Shown: piece by piece, positions 29,198-39,038 of the stretch | Layout of the letters: the number at the start of each line of letters is the position of its first letter | How positions within the stretch are numbered: the first letter of the stretch is position 1 | Origin: Gemmatimonadota bacterium | GTDB taxonomy: Bacteria; Gemmatimonadota; Gemmatimonadetes; Gemmatimonadales; GWC2-71-9 | Direction of reading: 5' to 3' | Assembly: GCA_039586365.1 (NCBI GenBank) | Contig: JBDHKN010000007.1 | Location: 1 to 64,000, forward strand | DNA length: 64,000 bases | Program-made: the position numbers and the translations under genes | Notes under the pieces: model-generated | Told to the model about the DNA's origin: nothing | What the model saw: the letters and a program-made list of their open reading frames with translations, nothing else | Database searches by the model: none

Positions 29198-29896
29198 CTA
29201 CTGCAATATTTCCAGCAGCTCCACCTCAAAGATCAGAGTCGCATTTGGTCCGATGACTGGGCCAGAGCCGTTCTCACCGTAGGCTAGTTCTGACGGTATG
29301 GCTAACCGATACTTGCTTCCAACGCTCATCAGCAGTAGCGCTTCGGTCCATCCATCAATGACCTGGTTCACCACAAACGTTGCCGGTCCCCCGTGCCGTT
29401 CGGAACTGTCGAACTCCGTGCCATCCACCAAGCTGCCGCTGTAGTTGACTGACACCCGGTCGGTCGCTGCAGGCTTCGGTCCGGTACCTTCCGTGAGCAC
29501 TTGGTACTGCAGCCCACTGGCAGTAGTAATGACACCCTCTTTCTTGCCGTTCGCAGCAAGGAATGCTTCACCTTCTTCCTTGTTCTGCTGCAGCATCTCT
29601 TCGCGTCGTTGAGCCTGAGCCAGCTGACTCTTGGCTGAGAGTTCCCGCAGCACCTCAGCCATCTCTTCATCAGTCAGCTGCAGCTCGCGCTCATCAAAGA
29701 CATCGTAAATTCCTCGAGTCAACGATGGCAGATCGAATTCGATAGCCGTCCGGTGCAGTTCTCTACCGATGTCGATTCCAACTGCATAGCTCGACTTTCC
29801 TTCGAACGACTCGAGGTCCGCCTGGGGACCTGACCCGCAGGCGCTCAGCGCCGATATCAGGCAAGAGGCAAGGCTAGCAGTCGTAAGATGTCTCAT
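29198..29896 (-). CDS. FKBP-type peptidyl-prolyl isomerase (FkpA/Mip-like), lipoprotein
   Basis: Lipobox LSAC; SYAVG, TASGLQY, EFDSS, VIDGWTEAL, IPSELAYG, LIFEVELL. Confidence 0.95.
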   Translation of the reverse strand: MRHLTTASLASCLISALSACGSGPQADLESFEGKSSYAVGIDIGRELHRTAIEFDLPSLTRGIYDVFDERELQLTDEEMAEVLRELSAKSQLAQAQRREEMLQQNKEEGEAFLAANGKKEGVITTASGLQYQVLTEGTGPKPAATDRVSVNYSGSLVDGTEFDSSERHGGPATFVVNQVIDGWTEALLLMSVGSKYRLAIPSELAYGENGSGPVIGPNATLIFEVELLEILQ

Positions 29897-30350
29897 ACCT
29901 ACACTCCTTCAGATCGCGCATTCCGTCGCGCGAGAGGCTTGGTGCCGTCCCAACCGCAACAAAAGAGAAGGGACCAGCGTATCAGGCAGGTCCCGTTATT
30001 AGACTCACTCACTGATCGAGCGGCATACCAGCCCGGTATGCCAGGCGCCGCAGGAAGCGTAGTAGGGCGGTCGTTTCGTGTCAATCAGCAAAGCTCCGAC
30101 GCCGCCATTGTCATCTACCAGTGAGTATCCCTACAAGTCGTTGTCAGATTGGGACTTATTCTGCCCACGGCAAGATGTCCGCACCGGCATGTCATCGTCG
30201 CCAGGGATCCTGGCGAACCAATTACTTGCGCTTCACACCGCTTTCATGTCTCCTTAATCATCACGACCATAGTGGTAGGCGTCTTACTTGGCCGCCCGCA
30301 CAGCCGGCCGGCACGCCAACCCCTTCCTTCCCGTGCCCGAGGAGGCCTCC

Positions 30351-31001
30351 ATGGCGCAAAACGGCAAAGCAGGCGACGAGACTCCGCGTGGGGACCAGCG
30401 CGGGGTTTCTCGGCGCGGCTTCTTGACCTCGGTAGGTACAGGGGCTCTGTCGGTTGCAGCTGCCAGCAAAATTGCAGCCCAACCTCTGGCGCCCACCGAG
30501 GTACTCGACGCCCACGAGATGTCGAAGATCACGCTCCACATCAACGGTCGCAGCAAAGAGGTCCTGGTGGAACCGCGCTGGTCACTCGCCTTCGTTTTGC
30601 GAGAGAAGCTCGGCATCACCGGAACAAAGATCGGTTGCGACAGGGGCGAGTGTGGTGCATGCACAGTTCTGATAGACGGGATCCCGCGCTATGCCTGCTT
30701 GACCCTCGCTGTTGAGACCGAAGGTGCTGAGATTGTGACGGTCGAGGGACTCATGAACGGCGAGGAAATCGGACCCGTCCAGCAGGCATTCGTCGAGCAA
30801 GATGCTTATCAGTGCGGGTATTGTACTTCGGGTCAGATCATGGCTGCCGAAGGCTTGCTCCGGGCCAGCCCAGACCCTTCACTCGCCGAGATCCAGCATA
30901 ATATGTCCGGCAACCTGTGCCGCTGCGGCACGTATCCCCACATCTTCGCGGCCACTCAGAGGGCGGCGGAGTTGAAACGCGGCGGAGGAGGTGAGTCATG
31001 A
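30351..31001 (+). CDS. 2x[2Fe-2S] subunit of a xanthine dehydrogenase-family oxidoreductase, with Tat signal (PaoA/YagT-like)
   Basis: SRRGFL Tat motif; GCDRGECGACTV, QCGYCTSG, NLCRCG. RBS ggagg. Confidence 0.92.
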   Translation: MAQNGKAGDETPRGDQRGVSRRGFLTSVGTGALSVAAASKIAAQPLAPTEVLDAHEMSKITLHINGRSKEVLVEPRWSLAFVLREKLGITGTKIGCDRGECGACTVLIDGIPRYACLTLAVETEGAEIVTVEGLMNGEEIGPVQQAFVEQDAYQCGYCTSGQIMAAEGLLRASPDPSLAEIQHNMSGNLCRCGTYPHIFAATQRAAELKRGGGGES

Positions 31002-33325
31002 GATCCGAACCTGACAGACCTTACTGGGTTGAGGGAGAGCCGCCTGAGACTCCACAGCAGCAAGTCCAGCAGGAGCCGTGGGGTGAGACCAAAGTCGTCG
31101 GCAAGCCACATGCGAGAGTGGATGGTTACGAGCGGGTGAGCGGCAGCGCGGTCTACCCGGCCGACATCACCCTTCCTCGGATGCTGTACGGTGCGATCCT
31201 GCGGTCACCGCATCCGCATGCGACGGTTACAGGCGTCGACACATCCGCGGCCGAGCAGATGCCGGGCGTACACGCTGTGATCTCGGCGTTCACACCCGAC
31301 GACGAAGCAACGAGGCCACACTCCGAGTTCATCAGAAGCCAACTATTCAACCCAACTTGTCGTTACGAGGGCGAGGCCGTCGCAGCAGTGGCAGCAGACG
31401 ACCCCTATGTTGCTCACGACGCCCTGCGGGCGATCGACGTCGAGTACGAAGTACACCCATTCGTGGCCGACGAAAGGAAGGCACTCGAGCCCGGCGCGCC
31501 ACTGGTGTACGAGAGAGGGAACCTAGGCAGGGAACCACGTACCTACGAACGGGGAGACGTGGCACGAGGCTTCGCTGAAGCCGACGTGGTACTGGAAGAG
31601 GAGTACCGCTGCGAGTGCGAGATCCACACGCCTATGGAGGCCCATGGGTGTGTGGCCAAGTGGGACGGGGACAGCCTGACAGTCTGGGAGTCGACCCAAG
31701 GTGTGTACAATGTGCAGACCGGTGTTGCCGCAGCTCTCGGTATGCCGCTGTCCAAGGTCAGGATCATAGGGCATTACATGGGAGGCGGATTCGGTGCCAA
31801 GCTGCAAGCCGGCAAGTACACCACCGCTGCGGCCCTGCTCGCCAAGAAGACAGCGCGCCCAATCAAGATCACCCTAACCCGCGAGGAAACCTACCTCGCT
31901 GTTGGCAACCGTCCGCCCGCCAATATGAGGCTCAAGGCTGGTGTGAAGCGCGACGGGACGATCACGGCCTTCGAGTTCGCCGGATCCGGAACCGGCGGGG
32001 CCTACGGTACCGGCGGAGCGTCCTCTCTGGACTGGGTCGTCAGGGACCTTTACCTATGCCCCAACGTAAAGACCGAGCTGACGGACATCTATATCAACGC
32101 CGGACCGTCTCGCCCGTTCCGCGCGCCGGGTCACCCCCAGGGCGCCTGGGCACTGGAGCAGATGATGGACGCTCTGGCCGCAGCAATACAGATGGACCCC
32201 GTCGAATTACGACTCAAGAACATCCCGTCGGTCAGCCAAGGGCGCGAGGGGGCTCCACCCTACACCACGACCGGCCTCAGCCAGTGCCTGGAAGATGGAT
32301 CCACTGCTTTCCGCTGGCGTGAGACCAAGCAGCAAATCGAGCGGGCCGGCAACGGCGGGCATATCCGCCGCGGCGTGGGAGTGGCGGCTGGGCTCTGGTC
32401 GGGCGGCGCCGGCGGACCTCCGTGCACGGTGATCATCAAGGTATTCTCGGACGGCAGCATCAATCTCAACATGGGTGCGAGCGACATCGGCACCGGCACC
32501 AAGACCATCATGGCAATGGTTGCCGCGGAAGAGTTGGGTGTCGCGCCGGAAGCTATTCAGATCGAGCACGCCGACACCGGCACCACCCAATACGCTTCCG
32601 CCAGTGGAGGTAGCAAGACCGTTCCAACCGAATCACCCACGGTGCGTGCGGCCGCAATCGATGTGAAGAGACAGCTGCTTGCACTGGCCGCCGACGAGCT
32701 GGAAGTGGCCGTCTCTGACCTGACGCTCAGTGACGGCAAGGTCGTCAATACGACAGACCCGTCGCAGGAAGTCGAGATCTCACGGCTGCGAAGCCTGCAA
32801 AGACGCAGGTCGATTACCGGCATCGGCTACCGCGCTCCAAACCCTGCCGACAAGGCGACCTGCCCGTTTGCCGCGCATTTCTGCGAGGTCGAGGTAAATA
32901 CGAGAACTGGCGAGGTGAAGATCGTCCGGTTCCTCGGCGCCCATGACAGCGGACGCGTAATGAACCGGCTGACCTATCAGAATCAGGTGTTTGGGGGAAT
33001 CACCATGGGCATCGGGTACGGTATGACGGAGCGACGGATCCTCGATGTCGATCAGACAGGCAAGATGGTGAACAAGAACTGGCACGACTACAAGCTCGCC
33101 ACGGCCCTGGACGTGCCGGCCGATATGACTTGCGTGCCCATCGATGTCGCGGACGACGAGGCAAACATCGCCGGCTGCAAGGGGATTGGTGAGCCCGCTA
33201 CGATTCCGACCGCCCCAGCGGTGGCAAACGCCATCCACCATGCCACAGGGGTGAGGGTAGCGAACACACCGATCGATCCCAGCATGCTCGTGCAAGCCAT
33301 TGCCACTGCGAGAGAGGGGGATTGA
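30998..33325 (+). CDS. Molybdopterin-binding subunit (PaoC/YagR-like)
   Basis: GGGFGAK, FRAPGHPQG, DIGTG, SGGSKT, QVFGG, KGIGE catalytic Glu; ATGA overlap with the Fe-S gene. Confidence 0.92.
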   Translation: MRSEPDRPYWVEGEPPETPQQQVQQEPWGETKVVGKPHARVDGYERVSGSAVYPADITLPRMLYGAILRSPHPHATVTGVDTSAAEQMPGVHAVISAFTPDDEATRPHSEFIRSQLFNPTCRYEGEAVAAVAADDPYVAHDALRAIDVEYEVHPFVADERKALEPGAPLVYERGNLGREPRTYERGDVARGFAEADVVLEEEYRCECEIHTPMEAHGCVAKWDGDSLTVWESTQGVYNVQTGVAAALGMPLSKVRIIGHYMGGGFGAKLQAGKYTTAAALLAKKTARPIKITLTREETYLAVGNRPPANMRLKAGVKRDGTITAFEFAGSGTGGAYGTGGASSLDWVVRDLYLCPNVKTELTDIYINAGPSRPFRAPGHPQGAWALEQMMDALAAAIQMDPVELRLKNIPSVSQGREGAPPYTTTGLSQCLEDGSTAFRWRETKQQIERAGNGGHIRRGVGVAAGLWSGGAGGPPCTVIIKVFSDGSINLNMGASDIGTGTKTIMAMVAAEELGVAPEAIQIEHADTGTTQYASASGGSKTVPTESPTVRAAAIDVKRQLLALAADELEVAVSDLTLSDGKVVNTTDPSQEVEISRLRSLQRRRSITGIGYRAPNPADKATCPFAAHFCEVEVNTRTGEVKIVRFLGAHDSGRVMNRLTYQNQVFGGITMGIGYGMTERRILDVDQTGKMVNKNWHDYKLATALDVPADMTCVPIDVADDEANIAGCKGIGEPATIPTAPAVANAIHHATGVRVANTPIDPSMLVQAIATAREGD

Positions 33326-33328
33326 GCC

Positions 33329-34306
33329 ATGATTCCGAGATTCACATACGTACGTGCGACGTCCCTCGATGAAGCGATGACCCAGCTCTCCTCGGATGGA
33401 GCGCGAGTGCATGCCGGGGGATCGGACCTGCTGGGCTGCCTGCGCGATGAAGTATTTGAGTGCGGGAAGGTGGTGAGCATAGCCGGACTCACCGAACTCA
33501 AAGGCATCACGAGAACTCAGGAAGGTGGAGTGCGAATCGGTGCACTCACCAAGGTTGCTGAGGTTGCCGGGAATCCCCTTGTGCAAGAGTTATATCCAGG
33601 GTTGTCTCAGGCCGCCTCGGAGGTGGCAAGCCCTCAGTTACGCAATCAGGGAACCATCGGCGGCAACATCTGCCAAAAGCCGAGGTGCTGGTACTACCGG
33701 GGAGAGTTTCACTGCCTGCGCAAAGGCGGGAACACCTGTTACGCCCTCGCCGGTGAGAGCCAGTACCACTGTATCCTGGGCGGTCACGGCTGCTACATCG
33801 TACATCCCTCCGACACCGCTCCTGCTTTCCTAGCATTCGATGCCGTGGTTCACATTGCTGGTCCGCGGGGGCGCAGGACCGTGCCAATTGACGCGTTTTA
33901 CGTAGCCCCCAGAGACAACGCTCAACGGGAAACCGTGCTGGAGGCAAACGAGATCGTAACAGAGCTCATCCTACCCCAACCGGCATCCGGCCAACGCAGC
34001 TCTTATCGCAAAGTCCGAGCCCGCGGCGCCTGGGACTTCGCACTCGCAGGTGTAGCGCTGGCTCTCCGTCTCGACGGTGACCGAGTCGACGGGGGACGTG
34101 TGGTGTTGAGCGGCGCCGCTCCGGTACCGTGGCGGTCGCAGGAGACGGAGCGGGTCATAGCTGGTAGACGCATTGACGCGGCATTAGCGGCAGAGGCAGC
34201 TGAAGCAGCAGTAAGCAACGCAACGCCGCTCAAACGAAACGGCTACAAGATTCCGCTCTTCAAGGGCGTGATCGAGGAAGAGTTACTCAAGATCGCACAG
34301 GCCTAG
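33329..34306 (+). CDS. FAD-binding subunit with [4Fe-4S] insert (PaoB/YagS-like)
   Basis: AGGSDL, ASPQLRNQGTIGGN, Cys insert PRCWYYR...CLRKGG..C...C...HPSD. Confidence 0.92.
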   Translation: MIPRFTYVRATSLDEAMTQLSSDGARVHAGGSDLLGCLRDEVFECGKVVSIAGLTELKGITRTQEGGVRIGALTKVAEVAGNPLVQELYPGLSQAASEVASPQLRNQGTIGGNICQKPRCWYYRGEFHCLRKGGNTCYALAGESQYHCILGGHGCYIVHPSDTAPAFLAFDAVVHIAGPRGRRTVPIDAFYVAPRDNAQRETVLEANEIVTELILPQPASGQRSSYRKVRARGAWDFALAGVALALRLDGDRVDGGRVVLSGAAPVPWRSQETERVIAGRRIDAALAAEAAEAAVSNATPLKRNGYKIPLFKGVIEEELLKIAQA

Positions 34307-34388
34307 CCCAGTCCCGACGACAGGGAGCAGTGGCAGGGGCAGGGGCAGGCGCAACGCACAGGCAGAACACTGTAAGACCCAACATCCG

Positions 34389-34419
34389 ACAAATCCCGGC
34401 CGCCCCGCCCGGGATTTGT
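34389..34419 (+). terminator. Probable intrinsic terminator of the pao-like operon
   Basis: acaaatcccgg / ccgggatttgt 11-bp stem ending in T-rich sequence. Confidence 0.55.
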
Positions 34420-34683
34420 TGTGCAGAGCAATCAGCCGCTCAGCATCACAACCTCAGTGCAGCCGACAACCCCGAACCACCGTCGGATTCCGTGACAACT
34501 GTCAGGGAGACTCGGTCGAGGCAACCGTCGCGACTCGCCGCACCCTCTTGCGCACCAGTTGAGGTAGCGTCGGCAGCTCCCACCCTAGGTCGTCTGGTCA
34601 ACGCATTCGCTGTAACCGCACCTCCTGGTATCCCTATGCACAGTTGACTCGTCTCAGCGAGAGCCGGCCCCTCCTGAAACGAC

Positions 34684-34712
34684 TTGACGATAATCGGAAA
34701 AACGTTTACCTT
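34684..34712 (+). promoter_or_regulatory. Candidate promoter with overlapping palindromic TetR operator
   Basis: TTGACG-N17-TACCTT; imperfect palindrome GGAAAAACGTTTACC at 34696-34710. Confidence 0.5.
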
Positions 34713-34763
34713 ATATTCGTTCCGGCCGCCTGCAAGATTAGCCGGACTCTGGAAACGGTAACA

Positions 34764-35450
34764 ATGGACAACGCCACTGACCCGCACTCGCCGAATCAGA
34801 CAGAAGGGCCCCGGCCGGTCTCACCGGTGGACGCCAGGCACCGCCGGTTCTTCGCGGCCGCCGAGCCGCTGTTCGAGCGCTTCGGCTACCGCAAGACGAC
34901 GGTAGAAGACGTCTGCCACGCCGCCGGAACCAGCAAGCGGACCTTCTACGAGCTGTTCAGTGACAAGAAGGACCTGCTGCTCCAGTTAGCCGAGTGCGTC
35001 TTCAACGACCTGACCGTGGAGTGGGAAGCGAGCCTACCGAAGCAGCTAGATCCTCTGGGACGCCTTCGCTCCCTGCTCGACTTGTACGCCACGGCTATGC
35101 GCCTACATCCCTTTTTCCGAGTCCTGGTTGAGGACCTCGACCTTATGCGTCTGTTCGGTGAGCATGTAGACGAGATCCGCATGGCACAGATGGGTGGGCC
35201 TTTCGATCAGATCCTTCGGGACGGCATGGCTGCTGGACAGTTCCGGTCCGTGGACCCGCACGCCGCAATGTGGGTGGTGCTTGGCCTGCTTGATACGGTC
35301 TACCTACTGATGCCGAGGGTGATGAACGAGCCGGGTCCCCTGGAGGATCCGGTGCTGGCGAAAGAGGTAAAGGATTTCATTGTACACGGGCTTGGAGCCC
35401 GCCAGGCAACCGACCACGAACTGAATCTGACACCACACACGACTGACTAA
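34764..35450 (+). CDS. TetR/AcrR-family regulator
   Basis: AAEPLFERFGYRKTTVEDVCHAAGTSKRTFYELFSDKKDLL HTH; G...GQFR in the C-terminal domain. Confidence 0.92.
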   Translation: MDNATDPHSPNQTEGPRPVSPVDARHRRFFAAAEPLFERFGYRKTTVEDVCHAAGTSKRTFYELFSDKKDLLLQLAECVFNDLTVEWEASLPKQLDPLGRLRSLLDLYATAMRLHPFFRVLVEDLDLMRLFGEHVDEIRMAQMGGPFDQILRDGMAAGQFRSVDPHAAMWVVLGLLDTVYLLMPRVMNEPGPLEDPVLAKEVKDFIVHGLGARQATDHELNLTPHTTD

Positions 35451-35454
35451 TACG

Positions 35455-38235
35455 ATGAACGAGGACGATATCGACTCCATCGAGTCACCGACAACATCGC
35501 GACGTCGGTACAGCCGCTGGGTGACGGTGTTGACGCATCTCGCCACGCGCAGGACAGGTTGGACACTGTCGGCCGTGGGCGTGTTGACGTTGTGCAGCAT
35601 GCTGCTGGCCGAGCGACTCCAACTGAACATGAACTGGACCGATCTGCTCCCGTCGGACCATCCCCAGGTACGGCTCTATCGTGACGTCCTCGACCGCTTC
35701 GGCGAGACGTCAATCGTGATCGCGCTCGAAGGGGAGCGCGACTCCATCGTCGCCATGGCTGAGGAGCTGGAGCCCAAGCTTCACGCGCTGGAAAGCTTGC
35801 ACAACGTGATCGGCAAGATGCCTGTGGAATTCTTGCTCGATCACGGGTTCGTTTTACTGAAACCGGAACAGTTCGACCGCACCCTCCGCTCGCTGGAGAA
35901 CTGGACGGTCCTCGGGTCACTACGAGGCATGAACGACGACTACGAACGGGAGTACACCGAGAACGAATCCAACATTAGGCGCGACGAAGTCGAGATCGCG
36001 CGCGGAATCCTGGGACTTACCCGTAGCCTCGAGTTGCTTTCCGCTGGGCTGGCTGGCGAGGCGGGGCCCGAAGTCATGGTCGAAGCGGCTGACGCGCTGT
36101 CTATTGGCGATCCTTGGTTGCTTGCACTCGACCGGCAGATGCTGCTCATCGCCGTTACCCCAGAAGCTTCGACCACGCAGATAGATGAAACCCTCGCCAC
36201 GGTGGCCGAGGTCGACGCCGTGATGCAGGAAGTGACAGCCAGTCACCCCGGGGTCTACGCCAGCATGACAGGGATGGGGAAGATCAGTCAGGACGAAATG
36301 AATAGTGTGGGTGGCTACACCGTACTGCTCTCCATTTTGGCCCTGCTGCTGATCTACTTACTCCTTGCCAGAGCGTTCCGCGGTTGGGTCATCCCACTCC
36401 TTGCCTTACTTCCGCTGATAGTAGGGATTTTCTGGACCATGGCGGTGCTCCAGATCCTGTTTGGCGCCCTCAACCTGTTCACCGCCATGATGATGCTCGT
36501 GCTGTTGGGACTCGGCATAGACTTCTCCATCCACTTAATCAGTCGCTTCCAGGAGGAGACCGCCCGGGGCACTGACCTTGAAGCCGGGATCGCAACCACG
36601 TTTGCAGGCACAGGTGTCGCGGTCATGATGGGAGCGGCGACAACCGCGATTGCGTTTCTGACCCTCATGGTGGGTGATACCAAGGGTGTGTTCGAGTTCG
36701 GGGTTGCGGCGGGCCTTGGCGTTGTCATCACTCTGATTGCGATCTTCCTCACGCTCCCAGCGCTACTCGTCCTGCGGTATCGCAGGCTGGAAAAGGCCGG
36801 TGCTGTGCAGACCAGCACTGCGTCCTGGAACCACGGCCACAGGTGGATTGGGAACGTGGTGCGAGCCGGCTGGAAGCACCCGTCAGTCTTCCTCGTAGCG
36901 ACCGCAATCGTGGTGGCCGCATCGATCTGGGCAATGCGCCACACGGCCTACGAATACGACTTCCTTGAGCTGGAGGCCAAAGGACTGCGGTCGGTGGAGT
37001 TGCAGCGGCAGATACCGCGACGGTTCGGCACCTCGGATCACAGTGCCTGGCTGGTTGCCAACTCGATCGAGCGCAGCCGCGAGTTGAAGCAGGAACTCCG
37101 CAACTTGCCTGAAGTCGGCGACGTGAACGCCATTAGTGACTTCGTGCCCTCGTCCACACGGTTCGCTGAATACGCCCCCAGACTGGAGCAATTCCGGCGT
37201 ACGGTTCTCACGCGTGACCGGCCTGCATGGATACCGGGTGACGCCGCACGCCTCTCCGTCGAGATGGGGCGCCTGTGGGACAACCTAGACCTGATCTCCA
37301 ACTTGGCCTACACAGCGGGACTCGATCGCATAGTCAGCGTAATCGACGGCATAACCGGAGTCGATTCTGAAACCGGCGTTACCGACACTTCAGCGCTACT
37401 GCCGACACTGTCGCGGCAATTCGCCAACATCACGGACGATTCCACCCTGCGATCGTTTGCCGAAATGTGGGCAACGCACCTCAAGCAGAATCTCCACCGC
37501 ATGAGCAATCCCGCGCCCGTGAGCCTTGAGGAGGTACCCGATAACATGCTGCAGAGCTTCACGCCACGATCAGGCGAAGATTACCTGGTGCACGTGGTGC
37601 CGCGGCGCTCGCTCTGGGACCGACCCAGCCTGGAGCGCTTCGCATCTCAGGCCGAGAGCGTGGACCCCAACGTGATCGGCAGTGAGCAGTTGATGTTGGT
37701 CATGATGGACGCAACCCTCGAGGATGGGCGCAACGCGGCATTTCTCGCGCTCGCAGTGATCGCGCTCCTCCTGATCATTCACTTCCGGGGACCTGTCGGC
37801 CTGGTGGCGCTGGTACCACTCGTCGTTGGCACGCTGATCATGCTCGGCATGATGTACGCGCTGCATATGAAGTACAACTACATGAATCTCATTGCGACTC
37901 CGATCATCCTCGGCATAGGCATCGACGACGGGGTGCATGCCCTGCACCGCTACCGGGAGGCGGGCGGCGGCAGCCAAGCCGTGGATCGGTCCTTCCAATC
38001 GGTCGGTAGGGCAATTCTGTTGACCTCCCTAACGACGATGATCGGGTTCGGCAGCGTGGCATTCTACGAGATGCGCGGGATGGCGAGCTTCGGTCAGGTC
38101 TTGTTCATGGGTGTAGGCGCTTGCTTCCTGGCAACGGTGCTCGTGCTACCCGCCCTACTTCGCGTGGTGTTACGGCAGCCCAGAGCCGCGCCAATCAGAG
38201 AACCAGGAGAGGAGGTGGGTGGTGCAGCGACATAA
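35455..38235 (+). CDS. RND-superfamily MMPL/HpnN-like transporter
   Basis: Two repeats of 1 TM + periplasmic domain + 5 TM; GLGIDFSIH and GIGIDDGVH; LTSLTTMIGFGS. Confidence 0.9.
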   Translation: MNEDDIDSIESPTTSRRRYSRWVTVLTHLATRRTGWTLSAVGVLTLCSMLLAERLQLNMNWTDLLPSDHPQVRLYRDVLDRFGETSIVIALEGERDSIVAMAEELEPKLHALESLHNVIGKMPVEFLLDHGFVLLKPEQFDRTLRSLENWTVLGSLRGMNDDYEREYTENESNIRRDEVEIARGILGLTRSLELLSAGLAGEAGPEVMVEAADALSIGDPWLLALDRQMLLIAVTPEASTTQIDETLATVAEVDAVMQEVTASHPGVYASMTGMGKISQDEMNSVGGYTVLLSILALLLIYLLLARAFRGWVIPLLALLPLIVGIFWTMAVLQILFGALNLFTAMMMLVLLGLGIDFSIHLISRFQEETARGTDLEAGIATTFAGTGVAVMMGAATTAIAFLTLMVGDTKGVFEFGVAAGLGVVITLIAIFLTLPALLVLRYRRLEKAGAVQTSTASWNHGHRWIGNVVRAGWKHPSVFLVATAIVVAASIWAMRHTAYEYDFLELEAKGLRSVELQRQIPRRFGTSDHSAWLVANSIERSRELKQELRNLPEVGDVNAISDFVPSSTRFAEYAPRLEQFRRTVLTRDRPAWIPGDAARLSVEMGRLWDNLDLISNLAYTAGLDRIVSVIDGITGVDSETGVTDTSALLPTLSRQFANITDDSTLRSFAEMWATHLKQNLHRMSNPAPVSLEEVPDNMLQSFTPRSGEDYLVHVVPRRSLWDRPSLERFASQAESVDPNVIGSEQLMLVMMDATLEDGRNAAFLALAVIALLLIIHFRGPVGLVALVPLVVGTLIMLGMMYALHMKYNYMNLIATPIILGIGIDDGVHALHRYREAGGGSQAVDRSFQSVGRAILLTSLTTMIGFGSVAFYEMRGMASFGQVLFMGVGACFLATVLVLPALLRVVLRQPRAAPIREPGEEVGGAAT

Positions 38236-39022
38236 TCGGGCGACCCCGACCGGCCAGCGGATCGGACGGCTGGCAGTTGTCGGTTGCATGGCCGCATCGC
38301 TCCACACCGAGACGGGCTCGGCTCAGGACGATGGAGCCCTGTGGCTGCAACGGATCGACACTGCCGAACGGATACCCCACTCCTACGGCGTAATGAGGCA
38401 GACAATCACCACCTCGGGTGGATCACTTAGGACCTTCACCATACGGACCTGGTCTGCCGAGAACGGTGACGTCTCACTAATGGCCTATGTCGATCCACCG
38501 AGAGTCGCCGGGGACAAGATCCTTCAGCTCCAGGGCGGAGACGACTTCTGGTACTATATGAAACGGCGCGACGTAACACGTCATTTTGCCGGACACAACC
38601 GTAGGCAGAGTGCCATGGGTTCGGACTTTTCCTATGAAGACATGGCGACGGGCGACCTCACTGAAGACTATACCGCTGAAGTGCTGGGCTTCGAGGAAGT
38701 CGACGGAGTTGAGACCGTCAGGCTCCGGTGCACTCCCACTGAGAGCGGGCCTTCATACGATCACCTGGTCCTGTGGGCCAGCGTGGAAGACAATCTCACA
38801 CGCAAGATCGAGTATTACGATGAGCAGCACCATCTGAAGACGCTCCTCCTCAGCGATATCCGAGTCATCGAGGACAGGAAAGTGGCCATGAAGCTGGAGA
38901 TGGTGAACCACCGGGAAGGGTCGAAGACGTTGCTGGAGACGATCGAGATCACATTCGCTGAGGAACCCGACCCTTCGCTATTCACTCAGGCAGCTTTGAG
39001 TCGCCGGATTCCTGGCGATTGA
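38219..39022 (+). CDS. LolA-like periplasmic carrier (outer membrane lipoprotein-sorting family)
   Basis: Signal peptide; P..VAG.K.L, MGSDFSYEDM, KIEYYD....LKTL motifs. Confidence 0.85.
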   Translation: MVQRHNRATPTGQRIGRLAVVGCMAASLHTETGSAQDDGALWLQRIDTAERIPHSYGVMRQTITTSGGSLRTFTIRTWSAENGDVSLMAYVDPPRVAGDKILQLQGGDDFWYYMKRRDVTRHFAGHNRRQSAMGSDFSYEDMATGDLTEDYTAEVLGFEEVDGVETVRLRCTPTESGPSYDHLVLWASVEDNLTRKIEYYDEQHHLKTLLLSDIRVIEDRKVAMKLEMVNHREGSKTLLETIEITFAEEPDPSLFTQAALSRRIPGD

Positions 39023-39038
39023 ACTATCCGGGGCAGCT

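Noticed and set aside
29897..30350. Moco riboswitch or small gene in the 450-nt spacer before the molybdoenzyme operon
   Set aside because: Only two short isolated hairpins are visible; no recognisable riboswitch motif, and the ORFs lack RBS or protein-like features.
34330..34787. Short ORFs between the FAD subunit and TetR
   Set aside because: They overlap a terminator and promoter, have no motifs and no credible starts.
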